NCBI GenBank assembly: GCA_973895155.1 | Contig: OZ316891.1 | Location: forward strand, 22,519,168 to 22,583,167 | Direction of reading: 5' to 3' | Source of the DNA: Marsupella aquatica | Lineage: Eukaryota; Plantae; Marchantiophyta | Length of the DNA: 64,000 nt | Part shown: one piece after another, positions 60,864 to 64,000 of the stretch | Position numbering within the stretch: the stretch's first letter is position 1 | How the letters are laid out: every line of letters begins with the position of its first letter | Program-made: the position numbers and the translations under genes | Notes under the pieces: generated by a model | Databases searched by the model: none | Told to the model about the DNA's origin: nothing | What the model saw: the letters and a program-made list of their open reading frames with translations, nothing else

Positions 60864-62783
60864 ATGTTTGCTGAAGTGGAGTTTGAGTGGACGGTTCTGG
60901 TGCAGCCCGATGCCATGAGAAGCAGCGCCCACATTCACAAAGCGGTGGTAAGCTTTCTCTGCTTTTGCCTCCTGATTTATTCGCTCTTTGCCCAACGTCT
61001 GACCCACAACAGAAGAAAGAAAGAAAGGAAGAAAGAAAATCCTTCATTCTAGCGAAAGAATCTATATCTGAATATTGGTAAATTGATTCATGTGGAAGCC
61101 TTCTAAAGTACCCTCTGTTTTCAAGAAGACCAAGACAGGGAATCTTGAAATATGTGCTACATTGTGCGAGCATTTCAAACTCGTGTATGTACAGTAGCTG
61201 AAGGGGACGCCCTCTACACTGTAGAGATTGATTTATAACTCTGCTCAGTTTGCAACATCTAAATCCGTGCCGGGGTGGCGACAATCTTGTCCATTGGGTG
61301 ACGGTGAGCTTCAGTCTTACAATGAGGAAAAACGAAGACACAGACGAAACCTTTGAAGAAAACTTTGGACTGGAGACCAGGACTTTTCCCCTCCTCTTTC
61401 CCGCCTTGGTACTAGCAGGGGCCAAATCGAAGGAACCAAATGGAAGGAACCATTTCTTTCAGTGGGAGCCGAGCGGGTCACCTAGACCCCGTTGTCTGAT
61501 TAGTATTCCCCTTGTTTTGGTACAGATTGTGGCATTGCTCAAGGATTTCCAGGACGTGAAGTGCACGGCACAGCATGGATATCATGTTGCCGTCACTACC
61601 CTTGAGAGCATCGGCGAGGGAAGGATTTGGGAGCGGCGGGCATGCGCTGCGTTTCCCGTCCGTTTTCGATGTATCGTGTTCAACGTCTTCAAGTCCGAGC
61701 ACGTCTTCTCTGTCGTCACGGAGGTGTAATTTTTCTCTACTCGAATCCCATTATCATCCCTTTTACTTTCTAATACTGGATTTCAAAGACCGCGAGTCTG
61801 TTTTCTTCCCCTAACGGATGCATGTGAGAGATTGTGAGATTGGTCGTCCTGGCCTTCAGAACGGGAAGAGAGAAGGTTGGTATGGACTCTTCCAAGCAGT
61901 AGAATCACTAAGGTAGAAAGCCAGAAATCGAATGGACTTCACATTGGACTTTCGCCCTCCACACAAAAAAATCTCGACCTCGGCGTCAACTGTCTGAAAT
62001 TCGTTACCGAATTCTGAAGGCATCTGACATCCTTGGGTTGGTGAGGACCAGATAGCTATAGTGGAAAATGCCGAAATATTTCATGAAGGACCTTGTAATC
62101 AAGCGACTGGAGTATTGCCTTGACACTAGAGTAAGAGAAACTGATGCATATATTGTGGAGCAAGAGAAATTAAAGCGTAAGGTGCAGGGGAATTGAAATT
62201 GAGGGAGAAGTATCATGGAGTTATTGTATCAGAAGAAGGTGTACCATAGAATCACAAACTGAAGCATTCAGTAATTATACAGTCTCAGAAACTGAATTAG
62301 GAAAACTGTGCACTAATGTATCGCAAGGTACAAAACCTGAACTGCAATGTACATTCTGTGTGGCAGGCAGCGTCGTCTGGAATTTCGTCGAGATGTGGAT
62401 GCTTCGAAAATCTTTTCATCTCACCAAAATTCTTGGCAGAGTACGAGGTTTTGAGCACGGAGATCGATGGTCTAGAAGTAACCAAGTGGCGGCATTGCAT
62501 AAACGGAAGCACGATAAAGAAAGGCGATGTGATTCGAGTGCAAATCTTGGGCACCAAGTGGGACCCTTCTGAACGAGGATTGTCTGCGGTGGGCACTCTC
62601 TCTGGCGTCGATGAGAGGTGGCAGAAAGCAACGCCCAAAGCCAATTTTGAATCAGAGAGCTCACGGAAAGTGGCTGGTGATAGCTCGTGGGGAGACCCAC
62701 TGCCACAGGAGGATGATATCGAGGCTTCGGGATGGGGAGACCCAATCACCAATGAGGAGGGTGATCATGGCGGATGGGCCTGA
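60864..62783 (+). CDS. NRPE7: RNA polymerase IV/V subunit 7 (NRPD7/NRPE7-like, Rpb7 family) with a C-terminal WG/GW-repeat extension, 3 exons, 232 aa
   Basis: Exons 60864-60947, 61526-61723, 62367-62783 (GT-AG, phase 0, 699 nt). MFAEVEFEWTVLV...LLKDFQDVKCTAQHGYHVAVTTLESIGEGRI...FPVRFRCIVFNVFKSE...RCGCFENLFIS...IRVQILGTKW...SAVGTL aligns by eye with NRPE7 (GYYVAVTTLDKIGEGKI, RCGPIENVYLS, IGIKW) better than with NRPB7. Confidence 0.85.
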
Positions 62784-64000
62784 CATGTCTGTCATACACT
62801 TAGCTGATTAATGAACAAAAGCAGGCCGCATCGGAGTTGCCTCTCAGGGACAGGAAGGCCGCCTCTGGTGCAATTCAATCCCGAGAGGCTCAGACTTTTT
62901 GCGCATTTCTGCTCTCCGAGAAGGTTGGATCTAGTTTATGAAATCAATCCTTGTGCCACCCCATTACGCCTCCCTCTCAAGGCCCTCCAGTGTATTCTGA
63001 TGACGATCATTTCTCTTACCTCCTTGAAAAAGGATTGGTGGGAGATGGCAGCCGATGGAGGGATCCGCTCAATTTGGCTACAAATGTGTACCTGATATCT
63101 CAGATATCTAGGTACTGTTGTTCGCACCGAGAATCTCTGCAAAGGTGCTGTAGCAGGCCACCAAGCTGTTCATAGTGCAACCTTCGGACAACACCTTCTG
63201 TCATAAGCTGAAATCGAGTCGGGAATATGCAGTTTGTTCTATGGAGGGTGCTTCGGTTTTACGAGGCACCATTTCAAGAGAGATATGCGCTACCTACTCC
63301 TTACTTCCTTATCACATCTTTTTGTCAAGATTACTCGCATTGCAACACCAGGCACGGTGTTTAGGATAGGGAGTGGCAAATATGCCAATGGACTGTTTTG
63401 GGAGGCTTGGCAGATTTTGGAGACCATATCACCAATTGAGATCTGGTAGAGTAGGGGCCTCTATTTCTAGTCAACGACCGGATGTTAGAACTGCTAGATC
63501 CTGATGAGACTGTATTGTCCCCTAAGAAATCAATGACCTGCTTTCCTCGTGCTGTTGTGAGGAAAGTAAATACCCTTTGGATGCTATACCTGGACACCAT
63601 GAGTTTGTAAGACAAAAAGATGAAGGGTACTCGTCAGGGAACAAATCAAGTCTGGAGTTTAGGGATCTGGAAGTCTGTAAATTTTCTGGTCAGCTCCTTC
63701 AATGGCCAACCGTGCCCTCTGTACCAGACTATTCAAGGTCTTCATCTGGGTACTCCGTCTGCAATGTCAGTGTAATGTATTTCTAAATTCGCGTTTAAGC
63801 TTGGGGGTTGATTTCATTACCCCCGAGCCTGTCGAGGTAGGACACTGCTGGCAGACAGGGGAGGTTTTTTGTCAGGAAGGCCCAATAGTTTGTAGCTTTT
63901 AGGTAAGGCATGGTTGTTTTGATGATCTTGGAGCCTGTCAATGTTTCCCATCGATCACTCTTGTCAGTACACGTTCATTTTTCATCCATCGTGGAGACTG

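Noticed and set aside
60243-61425. Long minus-strand ORFs (254 and 258 aa)
   Set aside because: They run antisense over the tandem repeat and the first exon and intron of the NRPE7-like gene, with no recognisable domain.

Overview
Eukaryotic, non-seed land-plant genomic DNA, probably a bryophyte such as a liverwort (inferred from the APR-B gene and the TE content). I could assemble seven host genes by hand from the sequence: (1) an intronless fluoroacetate-dehalogenase-type hydrolase of microbial, probably fungal, character; (2) a 6-exon plastid COR413-IM gene; (3) a 9-exon FeS-less APS reductase (APR-B); (4) an intronless PSMD5/S5b proteasome chaperone; (5) a 7-exon Sec1-family MIP3/SCFD2 gene; (6) an intronless, divergent cysteine synthase-like (OAS-TL/BSAS) gene; (7) a 3-exon RNA Pol IV/V subunit-7 (NRPD7/NRPE7-like) gene. 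Mobile elements: two full-length Ty1/copia elements with LTRs and TSDs (one Bianca-like and decayed; one Tork/Tnt1-like, nested in a long-TIR DNA element), a 5'-truncated L1-type LINE with TSD and poly(A), and several MITEs. The most striking observation is that the Pol IV/V subunit-7 homologue carries a C-terminal tail of repeated WG/GW (Argonaute-hook-like) motifs, has introns, and sits just downstream of a tandem repeat. All family calls come from motif recognition, not database searches.
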